Source: Dehalococcoidia bacterium
GTDB lineage: Bacteria > Chloroflexota > Dehalococcoidia > Plut-88900
DNA: 64,000 nucleotides
Direction of reading: 5' to 3'
Assembly (NCBI GenBank): GCA_965207225.1
Contig: CBDBLV010000004.1
Location: forward strand, 800,001 to 864,000
Below, piece after piece: positions 1 to 10,239 of the stretch. Numbering within the stretch: position 1 is the first letter of the stretch; every line of letters starts with the position of its first letter. A program made the translations under genes and the position numbers. The notes beneath the pieces are model-generated. The model did not search any database. It saw only the letters and a program-made list of their open reading frames with translations, and was not told the DNA's origin.

Positions 1-109
1 CCTTGCACGAGCGGCTATTCTCCGCCATCCGTTGGATGACTCCTTGCATGATCTCAAGGTGAGTCCGGACAGAAGAGGACTCGTGCGTTATACGCTGGTT
101 ATCAGACAA
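1..109 (-). CDS. Partial (5' end only) small membrane-type protein, LSDNQRITHESSSVRTHLEIMQGVIQRMAENSRSCK...
   Basis: TTG at 109 preceded by AGGAGAGG. The HLExxQxVIxRMAxNS motif is one I recall from membrane proteins in TIR/defence loci. The ORF runs off the window edge. Confidence 0.55.
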   Translation of the reverse strand, partial: MSDNQRITHESSSVRTHLEIMQGVIQRMAENSRSCK

Positions 110-119
110 GTACCTCTCC

Positions 120-1064
120 TTATTCCTCACGTCTACCCATAGACGTAGCGGGGGACCGCCAAGGTCCTCCTGCGGGCCAGTGCATCTCGAAAGGCGATCC
201 TGCCACGATGCTTTCGCGCACAGGCTCCATGAATAGTCGTAATCGACTGCCGATTTCCTCGAACGCATTCGGTGGAGAACTCAATAGTTGCCCGTCCTGC
301 CCATAGGATTGCCAGCGAGACTGAATGTCCGCGTTTGAGTAGAAGGCTGATGTGAGGGCGTCGGGTATAGTGTGAGTCCAAGGGGTGCCGCGCCGCTCAA
401 AGCAGCGTTCTACCGCTTCTCGGAGCTCGGTCCCGTCAAATGAGAAAGTCTCCGACAGGGCCCATACATCGTAGAAGTCCTTCATACGACTGTTGCGAGT
501 ACCCAACTGCACCATGGTTTCAAACTTCTCGGCGATGGTGGCAACTCGCGGGTATGTGCGCACCAACGGTGCGGGAACGCCATCGATGAGAGTAGGAAGA
601 CATGCCTCGTCGACCACTGAGGTAACAGCATTGCCAAAGCCGAAGTCTACCTGTACTGGAATTCGTGCCGTGCCAAGCCGGGCGCGCAAGTTGGCTCGTT
701 GTCCTTGATACCTCTGATTGTCTCGAATCGACGAGATCCGCAATGTCTCAAGGTCAAACATGATCCCGTCCTCTTTGCATGGGACAGAGCAGACAGTCGT
801 GACGATCTCGCGAACGGCCTCATCATCACTTTCGCCAAACGCCAACAGATCGATATCGCGTGTGGCGCGATAAGGCTCCTTCATCCATAGCGCTAGGAGG
901 GTCGCACCCTTCAGAATACACCTTTCCTGGACCGCAGACTCACCTAGCCGGTAGAGGAATCGCTCGCAGGCGTAGCGGACGAGGGAAAGCTCAAACTCCG
1001 TCCCACCCCTTCTAGCCTCGTTGAGAAGACGCGCCCTGATTGAATCAGCGATGTTGGAACTCAT
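120..1064 (-). CDS. abiEii: AbiEii-type nucleotidyltransferase toxin (type IV TA)
   Basis: ERFLYRL, ILKGATLL, RATRDIDL, AEKFE and RMKDFYD motifs; 4-bp overlap with the upstream antitoxin. Confidence 0.9.
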   Translation of the reverse strand: MSSNIADSIRARLLNEARRGGTEFELSLVRYACERFLYRLGESAVQERCILKGATLLALWMKEPYRATRDIDLLAFGESDDEAVREIVTTVCSVPCKEDGIMFDLETLRISSIRDNQRYQGQRANLRARLGTARIPVQVDFGFGNAVTSVVDEACLPTLIDGVPAPLVRTYPRVATIAEKFETMVQLGTRNSRMKDFYDVWALSETFSFDGTELREAVERCFERRGTPWTHTIPDALTSAFYSNADIQSRWQSYGQDGQLLSSPPNAFEEIGSRLRLFMEPVRESIVAGSPFEMHWPAGGPWRSPATSMGRREE

Positions 1065-1663
1065 AGCACTCCGGTCTCCAGGATTGCGCTGAGGCGGCGT
1101 GAAGGCAGAGCGTCGAGCACCCGATGCAGTTCGTCAGTGGTCGCCTTGTTATCTCGAAGGGAATCTTGCAGGGCCTCAAGCGCGGTCTCTCGTCCAATTA
1201 GGCGCTCAAACCGGAAACAGTCGACTACTGTACGAGCTGGGGAAGTGATACGAGCAGGCACACCTTCGAACTTCGTTTCCTGTACACCATAGCTCAAGGC
1301 TGCGCCACTAAAGCGGACCAGCCGAATCCTAGTTCCCCCAAGTCGGGGAGGTCTCGCCTTATGCTGGATGGCGATCCATACTTGACGTGGGAGTTGCGTG
1401 CCGATCTCGTGCACCTGTAGCGCCGAGAGTAGACAGACGATGGCATTGGGGACCCTAGCGCAGACGGAAGCTATCGAGTAGCGTTCAGTCGGCTCGGCAT
1501 CGGCAAGCCGGTAGAGCCCACGGTCCACACGCTCAACAACCTCCTTGGCCTCAAGTTGCCGAAGCTTGTGGTAGGGGATACCCAGTTGCTCCAGTTGGCT
1601 CGGGCGAAAGAAGTTGCCAATGCCTGCCTCGCGGAGGGCGTCTCTATCTAGGTTCACAGTCAT
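1061..1663 (-). CDS. abiEi: AbiEi-type antitoxin / transcriptional regulator
   Basis: N-terminal wHTH (ERVDRGLYRL), CLLSAL..H, ITSPARTVVDCFR; coupled to abiEii. Confidence 0.88.
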   Translation of the reverse strand: MTVNLDRDALREAGIGNFFRPSQLEQLGIPYHKLRQLEAKEVVERVDRGLYRLADAEPTERYSIASVCARVPNAIVCLLSALQVHEIGTQLPRQVWIAIQHKARPPRLGGTRIRLVRFSGAALSYGVQETKFEGVPARITSPARTVVDCFRFERLIGRETALEALQDSLRDNKATTDELHRVLDALPSRRLSAILETGVL

Positions 1664-1789
1664 TGTATTGAAAATGTAGGCGTTCCCAACAAGTATGCCG
1701 ACATTTTACTATTCGCAGGCCAAGCTGTCAATATCAGTAAACCAGCCAAGGGCCTGACGTTTCCTATTGCGCTGAAGTGGATGCAGGAA

Positions 1790-3913
1790 CTACCTGACCA
1801 CCCCCGTCACCTCGCTCAGTAAACGCATGATGTCCGATTCGATGGTTTGAATGTCACGCTCTATTTCTTCGAGCGGGCGTGGCGGTGAGTACCGGTAGAA
1901 GTGGCGGTTGAAGTTAATCTCGTAGCCAACGACGCCCACCTTCCCGTCCTTGAGGTCACGCTTGGACTTGTCGATCCAGGCGTCTTGTACATGGGGAATG
2001 ACTTCGCGCTCGAAGAAGCGCTCGACGCTCTCCGACAGAGGTACGCGCTCAATGTCTCGAAGTTGGGGGTCTGGCTCTAGCTCACCGTTGCGGCGGCGAC
2101 AGACGGCGGCGGTCTCGTCGCGCTCTGAGAGGGCGTTGAGGATCGCTCTCTTGGCCGGAGCACGTAGCTTCATTTCAGATTCCTTTAGAGCGCCATCTAG
2201 AATCTCTTGGAAGGCTCTCCTGTCGGTCACTGTCGTCTCAGGCAGGTTGCGCAACATGTCGCGGAGAGCACTCTGCAGCTTGAGACCTTGAGATTCCTCC
2301 CGAGACGCCGCAGCTCCGCGCTTCTTCGATTTAGCCAGGGATTGAAAGCCCCTTTCCTCCTCAAGCCGAGATATGCGATCTGCGCTTGCCAGGAAGTTGA
2401 GCCTGAGTGGACGCTCGATGGTGATCTTGCGATAGCCGAAATGAGATGTGGAGAAGACACGACTCACGACGGCCTCCTCCAGCTCGCCTTCCTTCGTGAC
2501 AATGCGAGTGTCGCCATCGCGATAATCGACGAGCAGCTTCAGGATGTCATCCGCTTTATCTGGCGTTATCTGACGGCGCTTGTCGCCAAGACTCCTTCTC
2601 ATCGGCCCCCAAAACGACGATGCGTCGATGAGTTGGACCTTGCCCTGGCGCTGCGGGGTCTTGCGATTCGTCAGGAGCCAAATATAGGTGGCGATACCGG
2701 TGTTGTAGAAGAGCTGCTCAGGCAAGGCTATCAGAGCCTCCAGCAGGTCGTTCTCGAAGATGTAACGTCGGATCTCGCTCTCGCCACTGCCGGCGTCACC
2801 GGTGAAGAGAGGCGAGCCGTTCATGATGATGGCGATGCGCGATCCTCCTTCCTTTGGGTCTTTGGCGTGGGAGAGCATGTGTAGCAGGAATAGTAGTTGG
2901 CCGTCGCTGATTTTGGGCAGCCCGGGCTCAAACCGACCTAGACCGCCGAGGTCGTGCTCAGCTCGGACCGACCTCTCGTCCCGCTTCCAGTCTTTCCCAT
3001 ACGGAGGATTGGCAATGAGGTAGTCAAAGCTACGCGCGGCGTGGACATCGTTCGACAGCGTGGTACCGAAGGCAATGTTGTCGGCATCCCGGCCCGTTGG
3101 TTCCTTGATGAACAGGTCCGACTTTGAGACAGCCCAAGTCTCAGGGTTGACCTCCTGGCCAAAAAGGTGAATCTCGGCATCTGGATTCACAGGATCGCGC
3201 AGCAGGTTGCCGTTCTCCCAGCGGCCCAGATTGACGTGCTCCTTGGCAATCATTAGCATCCCACCCGATCCGCAGCACGGGTCATACACGGTACGGACGA
3301 CACCCCTGCCTCCGATACTGGCCTCGTCCCCCGCTAGCATCAGGTCGACCATCAGGTGAACGACATCTCGTGGCGTGAAGTGCTCACCGGGGTTTTCGTT
3401 CAGCGCCTCGTTGAACCTGCGGATAAGTTCCTCGAAGATTGTGCCCATCGCAGCGTTGTCGACCTGGTCCGGATGCAGGTCTACGCCGCCGAATCGCTCC
3501 AGCACCTGGAAGAGAAGGCCTGATTCGTCGAGCCTGCTGATGGTGTTGTCAAAGTCGAAGCGTTCCAACACCTCCCGCATGTTCTGGCTGAATCCGGCGA
3601 TGTAGTTCCGCAGGTTGGGAGCAACGTTGGGAGCGTCCGCCAGCAGCCTCTCGAAATCGTACCGAGAGGTGTTGTAGAATGCGAACCCGGATGCCCGGCA
3701 TAGCTGCATGTGGAGATCTTCGAGTCCCCGGCCTGATAATTCCGCCTGGCGTTGAAGAACGTCCTCCCTTGTGGAGGCCAGGACACAATCAAGTCGGCGC
3801 AGCACCGTCAAAGGCAGAATGACGTCCTGATACTTGCCTCTCTTGAAGGTGTCTCGGATCAGATCCGCGACGCCCCAAATGAAGCTAACGATCTCGCTGT
3901 GATTCATTGCCAT
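1790..3913 (-). CDS. hsdM: Type I R-M methyltransferase subunit M
   Basis: HsdM N-terminus (FIWGVADLIRD), GEHFTPR, YDPCCGSGGML (SAM binding) and catalytic NPPY. Confidence 0.93.
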   Translation of the reverse strand: MAMNHSEIVSFIWGVADLIRDTFKRGKYQDVILPLTVLRRLDCVLASTREDVLQRQAELSGRGLEDLHMQLCRASGFAFYNTSRYDFERLLADAPNVAPNLRNYIAGFSQNMREVLERFDFDNTISRLDESGLLFQVLERFGGVDLHPDQVDNAAMGTIFEELIRRFNEALNENPGEHFTPRDVVHLMVDLMLAGDEASIGGRGVVRTVYDPCCGSGGMLMIAKEHVNLGRWENGNLLRDPVNPDAEIHLFGQEVNPETWAVSKSDLFIKEPTGRDADNIAFGTTLSNDVHAARSFDYLIANPPYGKDWKRDERSVRAEHDLGGLGRFEPGLPKISDGQLLFLLHMLSHAKDPKEGGSRIAIIMNGSPLFTGDAGSGESEIRRYIFENDLLEALIALPEQLFYNTGIATYIWLLTNRKTPQRQGKVQLIDASSFWGPMRRSLGDKRRQITPDKADDILKLLVDYRDGDTRIVTKEGELEEAVVSRVFSTSHFGYRKITIERPLRLNFLASADRISRLEEERGFQSLAKSKKRGAAASREESQGLKLQSALRDMLRNLPETTVTDRRAFQEILDGALKESEMKLRAPAKRAILNALSERDETAAVCRRRNGELEPDPQLRDIERVPLSESVERFFEREVIPHVQDAWIDKSKRDLKDGKVGVVGYEINFNRHFYRYSPPRPLEEIERDIQTIESDIMRLLSEVTGVVR

Positions 3914-4779
3914 GATTTTCGGTTCTCAAAGTTCCAGATATATAGTTAACCCACTTGGTTTGTGTCGCTAGGGTAGCAATCCGTGTCTATGCGTGTTGGG
4001 GCGGAGCCCAATTGCAGACTGGTTGTCACTGGCAAGCTTGCAACGATGATGTAATGCTACGACTGTATCGAGAGCCATCAACCTTCTTGGGTACCGTAGA
4101 GCAAATGGACAAGCCAGTCAATACGTGATTTCTTCGCCTTGACGCTAGATTGCTTATAGTAGGGCGTGGGAATGGGATGGGCAACCTTGGTCGGCGAACA
4201 AGGGCCGTACGCAAAGGCAGTAAGTTGGTGCGACTGACTATGCACGCGCGCTGCCACCCCTGAGTTCAGAATGATACCTGTCTCACGTGCACCGGTGATC
4301 ATACGAGCGAGGCGCTGATTGCGGATTGCCCTACGTGGAACTTGCGGGAAGCATCTGTGACATCGCCTGAAACTCAAAAGTGACCGCATCCGTGTCCGTG
4401 CAGGAGAAGGCTACCTCGTTTCAGTATCATCCCCATCTGGCGCCACGGCCTAGAGTCCAGCGCCGACCTCCGTTCCTGCTCCAGGTTGAACGCACACTTG
4501 AACAGGGACTTGGCGGCCAGTCTGGGCTTCCGACTACGGTTCGTTGACTTGATGGCTCCTCAGCTATGAGTTGCACCCAAGATAATAGAGACAGCTGCGG
4601 GTCCGCGGCCTCGCAGTGGTAGCCGTTTATCCCGTTTCTGGATGGCATCAACGGCGACGGCTGCACTTAGGCCAGCTTCCATCCGTTGTCCACCAGCGGA
4701 TCCACGACAGTCTTGGCGGCACACGCATGGGCGAAGATTTCCATATCGCCTGTCACAGGACATTCCTTCATCAACCACC

Positions 4780-5604
4780 TCATCCCATCAGTTCCACCAC
4801 AGTCTGAGAGTGAGGTTGCGCCGCCGCCGCCGGTGCGACCTCGGTGTATTTCTCCGGCTCCAGCCGCGCCAGCCGTCGCTCCAACTGCTGGACGGTCTCC
4901 GCTTGCTCCTCTCCGCTCGTCTTGCATCTACCCTCAATCGCTTCGAGGCGACTCCGAAGCTCCTCCTCCAGCGACGACATACGCTCGGTCAGGGCCTCTA
5001 CCCTCTCACGCTGCCGCGCCGCGACCGAGCCGCCCCCCAGCAGCGGGTGTCGCTCCAGCGCGGCGCTCATCCGCGCGGTCAGCCTGCCAGACTCGATGGC
5101 CCTGGACACGGTCCGGTAGCTGACGCCCAGACGCGCCGCCGCCTTCGTCCTGCCCTCGGCCTCGATAATGTCCCGCAGCAGCGCCATGAGCCGCATGTCG
5201 CCAAGGCTGTCCAAGCTCCGGCTGGAATCCGGGCACCACTCCTCTCCATCCGGCTCTGGAGCTTCCACTGGCGCTTTGTCCACTTTCCTAGCCGTCACTG
5301 TCCACTCCAGCCCGGTCCGCCCACCGGCGCTTTGTCCACTTTCGTAGCTGCGGCTGTCCTGTAGGGGTGGAACGAGCCCCGGATTCGAATCGCTTGCTCC
5401 GATGTGGCGGGACGCCCCATTCACCCCGATTTCAGCTACGAAATCGCTCTCCCCGCAAGTTGTCGTTCCAATCGATCCCCTGTACACGGGTAGTACACCA
5501 CAGCGGGCCCTCCAAATATCAGGCCTCTTGAGGGGGGCCTCTGCGCGTGCCCGGGCGCGTCCGCGATCCTCCTCGCGCGATGCCTGAGTCGAGAGCCCGG
5601 TCAA
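4780..5604 (-). CDS. HTH-containing hypothetical protein with coiled coil; true start probably near 5200
   Basis: GRTKAAARLGVSYRTVSRAIES is HTH-like and is followed by a heptad-rich segment. The upstream part of the ORF overlaps a non-coding repeat. Confidence 0.5.
   Translation of the reverse strand: MTGLSTQASREEDRGRARARAEAPLKRPDIWRARCGVLPVYRGSIGTTTCGESDFVAEIGVNGASRHIGASDSNPGLVPPLQDSRSYESGQSAGGRTGLEWTVTARKVDKAPVEAPEPDGEEWCPDSSRSLDSLGDMRLMALLRDIIEAEGRTKAAARLGVSYRTVSRAIESGRLTARMSAALERHPLLGGGSVAARQRERVEALTERMSSLEEELRSRLEAIEGRCKTSGEEQAETVQQLERRLARLEPEKYTEVAPAAAAQPHSQTVVELMG
5265..5560. repeat. Module B copy 1 (copy 2 at ~6290-6590, partial copy 3 at ~7170-7290)
   Basis: Shared 2x GGCGCTTTGTCCACTTT, ATCGCTTGCTCCGATGTGGC, TGTAC-N7-GTACA palindrome and GAGGGGGGCCTCTGCGCG. 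Confidence 0.85.
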
Positions 5605-5739
5605 CCGTGCCCGGCGCGTCCCATCCGCTTGGCGTCGAGAGCCGCAGCGAGGAGCGGGATGAGAAGGGGCAGCGGAAGGATTCCATCAATGGGCCGCGCG
5701 AGACCCGCCAACGCGGGCTGCGCATCCTCGCCCGGGAGA

Positions 5740-5960
5740 CCGTCCGCGGTCCACTACGCCGGGATACGCTCCGGAAGTCGCGGCGCGCCGCCATTGTGCG
5801 GCGGTTCACCCCCGGGGCCTCTGCCGCGCCGACCCTGCCCCGGTCGTTGACCAGCGCGTCCAGCAGGTCCAGCAGGGAGGCGTCCGACAGGGGGACATTC
5901 GTGCCGTCGCCGGAACGCTTGGGCCCATTCGCGACAGGCTCGTCACGGTCAGCCACCAGG
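5740..5960 (-). pseudogene. Degenerate paralogue of the HTH protein at 4780
   Basis: LLDLLDALVNDRGRVGAAEAPGVNRRTM resembles LLRDIIEAEGRTKAAARLGVSYRTV. A further decayed copy lies at ~7600-7850. Confidence 0.5.
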
Positions 5961-5965
5961 CCTCC

Positions 5966-6185
5966 GAAACTACAATAAGCGCAATACAATGAGTACAATA
6001 AACCTGACACGGACCCGCAGTAAATTCACTTGCAGGATTCCCCTCGGGATTTCCCATATTCCCCTTCAGACAGGTACGATTCTCACCCAGATTGCACTCT
6101 GCAATGTATTCCGGTTCTCCTTACAGCCCAGCCACGGCGAAAAACGGCTCAGGCGATTGTAGTCTGACGCATCAGCCCTGCGGCG
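5966..6185. repeat. Module A copy 1 (CAAT-repeat / CTCCTTACAG-CCAGCCACGGCGAAA / GATTGTAGTCTGACG element)
   Basis: Aligns by eye with 7876-8092 and 9525-9735. Confidence 0.8.
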
Positions 6186-6289
6186 TCCCGTGTCGGATCT
6201 TCCCTCTGGTCGCCTGCGTAGGCCGAGCGCGGGGACCGAGCGGCCGGGATCACGGCCTCAAACCCTGTTCTCAACGCATCCCCAGCCCT

Positions 6290-6590
6290 CACCGGCGCTT
6301 TGTCCACTTTCGTAGCTGAGCCTGTCCACTCACGCATTATCCACCCACCGGCGCTTTGTCCACTTTCGTAGCTGCTACTGTCCGGCCGCCTTGGAACCAG
6401 CCCCGGAATCGAATCGCTTGCTCCAATGTGGCAGATTGGTCGATTCACCCCGTTTTCAGCTACGAATCAGTCCCGGTTACAACTTGCCGTTCCAATCGAT
6501 CGCCTGTACACGGGTATTACACCGCCAGCGGCCCTCATGACAGCTGACCCTGTGAGGGGGGCCTCTGCGCGATCCCGGGCACGCGCGCCA
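6290..6590. repeat. Module B copy 2
   Basis: Colinear with 5265-5560. Confidence 0.85.
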
Positions 6591-7875
6591 TGTCTGAGTC
6601 GAGCGCGCGGATTGCCCAGACCCAGCATCGTCCCATCCAACACCGTCAGCCCTTCGACGATCCCGCCAGCGCGGATTCCCGGTTTCTCCAGGACCCATCC
6701 GCCGCCCTTCGATGTCCATGTTCCACTTTCCCCATCTCATGGCTGGGAGCGTCCCGCAGGGGCGCTGGGAACCCCGGAGTGGATTGCATGGTCCGATGCG
6801 ACAGACCGACCCATGCGCTCCGAATTCGACCTTGGTGCGACTCGCCGTCCTGGGAGATCGCCTGCACACGTCCGGCGCCCCGCCAGAGGCCCGCCGGACG
6901 GCCGATCCCCTGATGGGGCTGCGCGCAGCCCCGGGCGCGTCCACGATCCCACCGCGGGCCGTCGCCCCGGTCGGCGAACCGGTGTCAGACCGCGCCGTCC
7001 ACCATGTCGCGCGCCGCGCATACGCTGGTGGACTCCGCGCCCGCCGGCATGACCCCGCCCCGCCCCGGAATCGCCCTCTCGGACGCAGCTCAGACATGGT
7101 CGCCTTCCGTCCCACAGCCCGGTTTTCCGACTTGCATTTCTGCAACTTTCGCCGGAACCCGCCCATTCACCTGATCGCTTGCCGCGATGTGGCAACCCCC
7201 TTCCGTTGGGGTCCGTTTCAGGTTCAAATCGGCCCCGACTTGCATTTCTGCAACTGTCGCAAATCCCTGTACACGGGTAGTACATCGCATCCGGTCTCTG
7301 GGGCGGTTGCGGCGGCCCCGCGGGACCGCTCGCTCAGACTCCGCGGCGACGCGTGTGGAGCCATCCCCTCGTCGACTCGCATTCTTACGACTCTCACCGG
7401 AATCGGCCCATTCATCGGGTCTGCGCGACCTCCTCGGCCTCTGCGCCGAAATCGATTGCTCCGACGTGGCGACTGCGCGACAGACTCCGCGAACCTGCCG
7501 GGACGCCCCCGTGTCGGGAATTGGAGACAGGATGTGCGCCGGCGCGCAACGAGACGCGATCGCTCCGCCCGCGGCTCGACGGTCACTCTCAGAGCCCGAT
7601 TCGCTTGCTCCAGCGCCGCCGCGCGTCGCTCCAGGCATGCCGCCACCTACGCAAAGTCGCCGGCGTCATCGCCCTGTTCATCAACGTCAGCATCCGCATC
7701 CCAGCGCTCATCCATAGCGCTTCGCATCCGCCGGGACTCGCGGCGCGCCGACCCTGCCCCGGGCCATTGACCGGAGCGTTCAGCGGAGGGCTGTCCGATA
7801 GGGGGGATGTTCCCGCCGTCGCCGGAACTCTTCAACTCACTGGTTAGCGTCAACCACACGGCGCTCCATGTCTCG

Positions 7876-8092
7876 GAACTGCAATAAACTGCAATGCAAT
7901 AACTACAATCGAGTTGCGATGGAGCGTCAACTTCCCGATTGCCAAATTGCTTGCTCGAACCCCTGCGAATCAACCTGATTTCAGTTGGAAACGGCGTCGA
8001 TTGCATTCTACATTGCGCTCCAATTCTCCTTACAGACCAGCCACGGCGAAACACGGCTCAGGACGATTGTAGTCTGACGCGTCAGCCACGGC
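7876..8092. repeat. Module A copy 2
   Basis: GAGTTGCGATGGAGCGTCAACTTC and GCCAAATTGCTTGCTCGAACCCCTGC are shared with copy 3. Confidence 0.85.
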
Positions 8093-8290
8093 GGACCAGC
8101 GCGGAGCGTTCCGTTGCAGGAACAGGATTAGGGACTCTTGCAGGCTGCTGCAGGCGTCTGAGAAGCAGAGTCCACCGTGGAGGGGTTCACCCTCTACGGA
8201 TCAGACCCCCGGCGCCGGCCGCAGCGCTAGAGATTCTGGGCAGAGAAACGGAGTGGAAGCAGACGGCGTCTCATGAGGGCCTCACCCGTC

Positions 8291-9391
8291 TCATCGCTCC
8301 TCCAGGAGCACGGCCCCCGTGGGAACTCCGAGCCGCTCCAGGGCGGCCTCGACCTCAGCCTCGACTCTGGGATTTCGACCTGGGTCGATTTCAACTATCA
8401 GCCTGTTCTTCTCCTCCATGAAATCAGGGATGAGGTCCGCGTCGGGAATGTCCAGTCCGTCAGACTGGATGAGCAGGTACCACTCCAGAAGCTGCTCCCA
8501 GGTGTACTTGCCCTGGATTGCATGAACGCGTGAGAGCCGCTCCAGGCTCTCACGGCCCACCACCTTGAGCGCGAGGTCCTCCGCCTCCTGCTGAGACGGC
8601 TCCATCATGTAGACGTTGAGCGTCCAGGAACCAGTTGATCCCTGTTCCCAGAACATACCGCCGAACCCTGGCGTCGACACACCCGTACTCAGATCGACTA
8701 CTTCTCGTGGCGCGCATTCGTATCTGGCCGGACCTCCAACCTGCGCCCTCCCTTGAACCTTTACCCTGACCGCGTCGACCGGTATGTTCTCCTGCGACAG
8801 CAGGTCATGTATCCGCCGTTGCGCTCGGTCCCTGTTGCGCTCGCAATCTATACCATACACGAGCTTGTTTTCCGCCTCTTGGACGTCCGACATGGTCAGC
8901 TCGGGAATGTCCCATATTCCAGAGTTGAAGAGCTGGTGTTGCCACCTCTCGAGCTGTCTGAACGTGTAGTTCGCTTGGAGCGGGCGTACCTCTCTGATCT
9001 TTGTCATCCCCCTGTACACCACGGGCGCGAGGTGGGTGATGGTGACCTCTTCCACAGCCTCAGGTGACGGATTCACCAGATATACGTAGACGACATTGTC
9101 GACCGGGTCGATGAAGTGGCCTCCGTATCCCGGCCCCTCCACCGGAGTCGGTGTTGGAAGCGGAGTGGGTGCGGGTGTGGCTGAGGGAACGGGAATCGGC
9201 GAGGGCGCCGGAGTTGAGCTTGAAGAGACAGGTGCGGATGTCGGAGTGAATATGGTCGACACAGTCGGTGTCTGGGGCGAACTCGTCTCTTGACTTGGTG
9301 TCAGTCCACACGCTGACGCCGCGATCAACAGGGTCAGGGCAATTACATGGGTGAGTGGTCGGTTCACGATTTCTCCCATCTCCGATAACAA
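8291..9391 (-). CDS. Putative lipoprotein with Pro/Thr linker and two internal repeat domains
   Basis: Signal peptide ending IAASAC, a PT-rich linker, and repeats GPGYGGHF..VYVYL..ANYTFRQL / TPGFGGMF..LNVYM..GKYTWEQL. Confidence 0.75.
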   Translation of the reverse strand: MLSEMGEIVNRPLTHVIALTLLIAASACGLTPSQETSSPQTPTVSTIFTPTSAPVSSSSTPAPSPIPVPSATPAPTPLPTPTPVEGPGYGGHFIDPVDNVVYVYLVNPSPEAVEEVTITHLAPVVYRGMTKIREVRPLQANYTFRQLERWQHQLFNSGIWDIPELTMSDVQEAENKLVYGIDCERNRDRAQRRIHDLLSQENIPVDAVRVKVQGRAQVGGPARYECAPREVVDLSTGVSTPGFGGMFWEQGSTGSWTLNVYMMEPSQQEAEDLALKVVGRESLERLSRVHAIQGKYTWEQLLEWYLLIQSDGLDIPDADLIPDFMEEKNRLIVEIDPGRNPRVEAEVEAALERLGVPTGAVLLEER

Positions 9392-9524
9392 TGCTCGCCG
9401 CTCCCGTTCTTCCGAAGGCGGATGAAGCTTTCAGTCCTACCTTCAGACGAACGTCGATCTCTTCGGTTTCATCGTCCCCTGCACGTCTCCTCCGCAGTCC
9501 GAACTAGGCCAGACCCACGCCTGG

Positions 9525-9735
9525 GGACTACAATAACTGCAATACAATCAGTACAACAGAGTTGCGATGGAGCGTCAACTTCGCACTCGCCAAATTGCTT
9601 GCTCGAACCCCTGCAGATCAACCTGATTCCCGTTGGGAACGGCGCCGATTGCATTCTGCAATATACTCCACTTCTCCTTACAGCCCAGCCACGGCGAAAA
9701 ACGTCTCAGAGCGATTGTAGTCTGACGTGTCGGCC
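9525..9735. repeat. Module A copy 3
   Basis: Colinear with 7876-8092. Confidence 0.85.
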
Positions 9736-10032
9736 CCCGGCAGCCCGACGGCGACCGACATATCCGGCTGATCCCCAGGAGCCTTCTGAAACAGGCTCAC
9801 TTGGGAACTCACCCCGGAACCGGCCCACTCACCGGATACCCGGCGCCCGTCCCGAAATTGCTTGCTCCGATGTGGCAGCTATGTGGCAGGGCGCGGCTAT
9901 TGAGGGGCTGATCTGGACTAGAATGGTCGCGCCGGGGCGGATTGTCGTTGGGTCCTCCTTGACCATGGAAGCTCATATTGGAGATGATAAGAGTAAGACA
10001 GCGCGCTACCACTATAGGGAAAAAGAGAGACC

Positions 10033-10239
10033 ATGCCCACCAAACCAAGGAACACCGCCACCATCACTTTCTCCCTGTCGCACGAGATGGCGCAAGAGCT
10101 TCGGGAAGTGGTCAAGGATGAGGATCGCACCGTCAGCGAGCTTCTGCGGGAGGCCATTCGCCTCTACATGGAGGAACGAGAGTGGCGCATACAGGAACGG
10201 ACGCTGAGGCGACAGTCACGCCGGACGGAGCAAGGATGA
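10033..10239 (+). CDS. Ribbon-helix-helix (CopG-like) DNA-binding protein
   Basis: TITFSLS..MAQEL..EDRTVSELLREAIRLY pattern; ATGA overlap with the recombinase. Confidence 0.8.
   Translation: MPTKPRNTATITFSLSHEMAQELREVVKDEDRTVSELLREAIRLYMEEREWRIQERTLRRQSRRTEQG

Noticed and set aside
5500-8100. Numerous overlapping 100-350 aa ORFs
   Set aside because: Low-complexity R/P/A/G translations across repeated non-coding modules; only the HTH remnants are credible.
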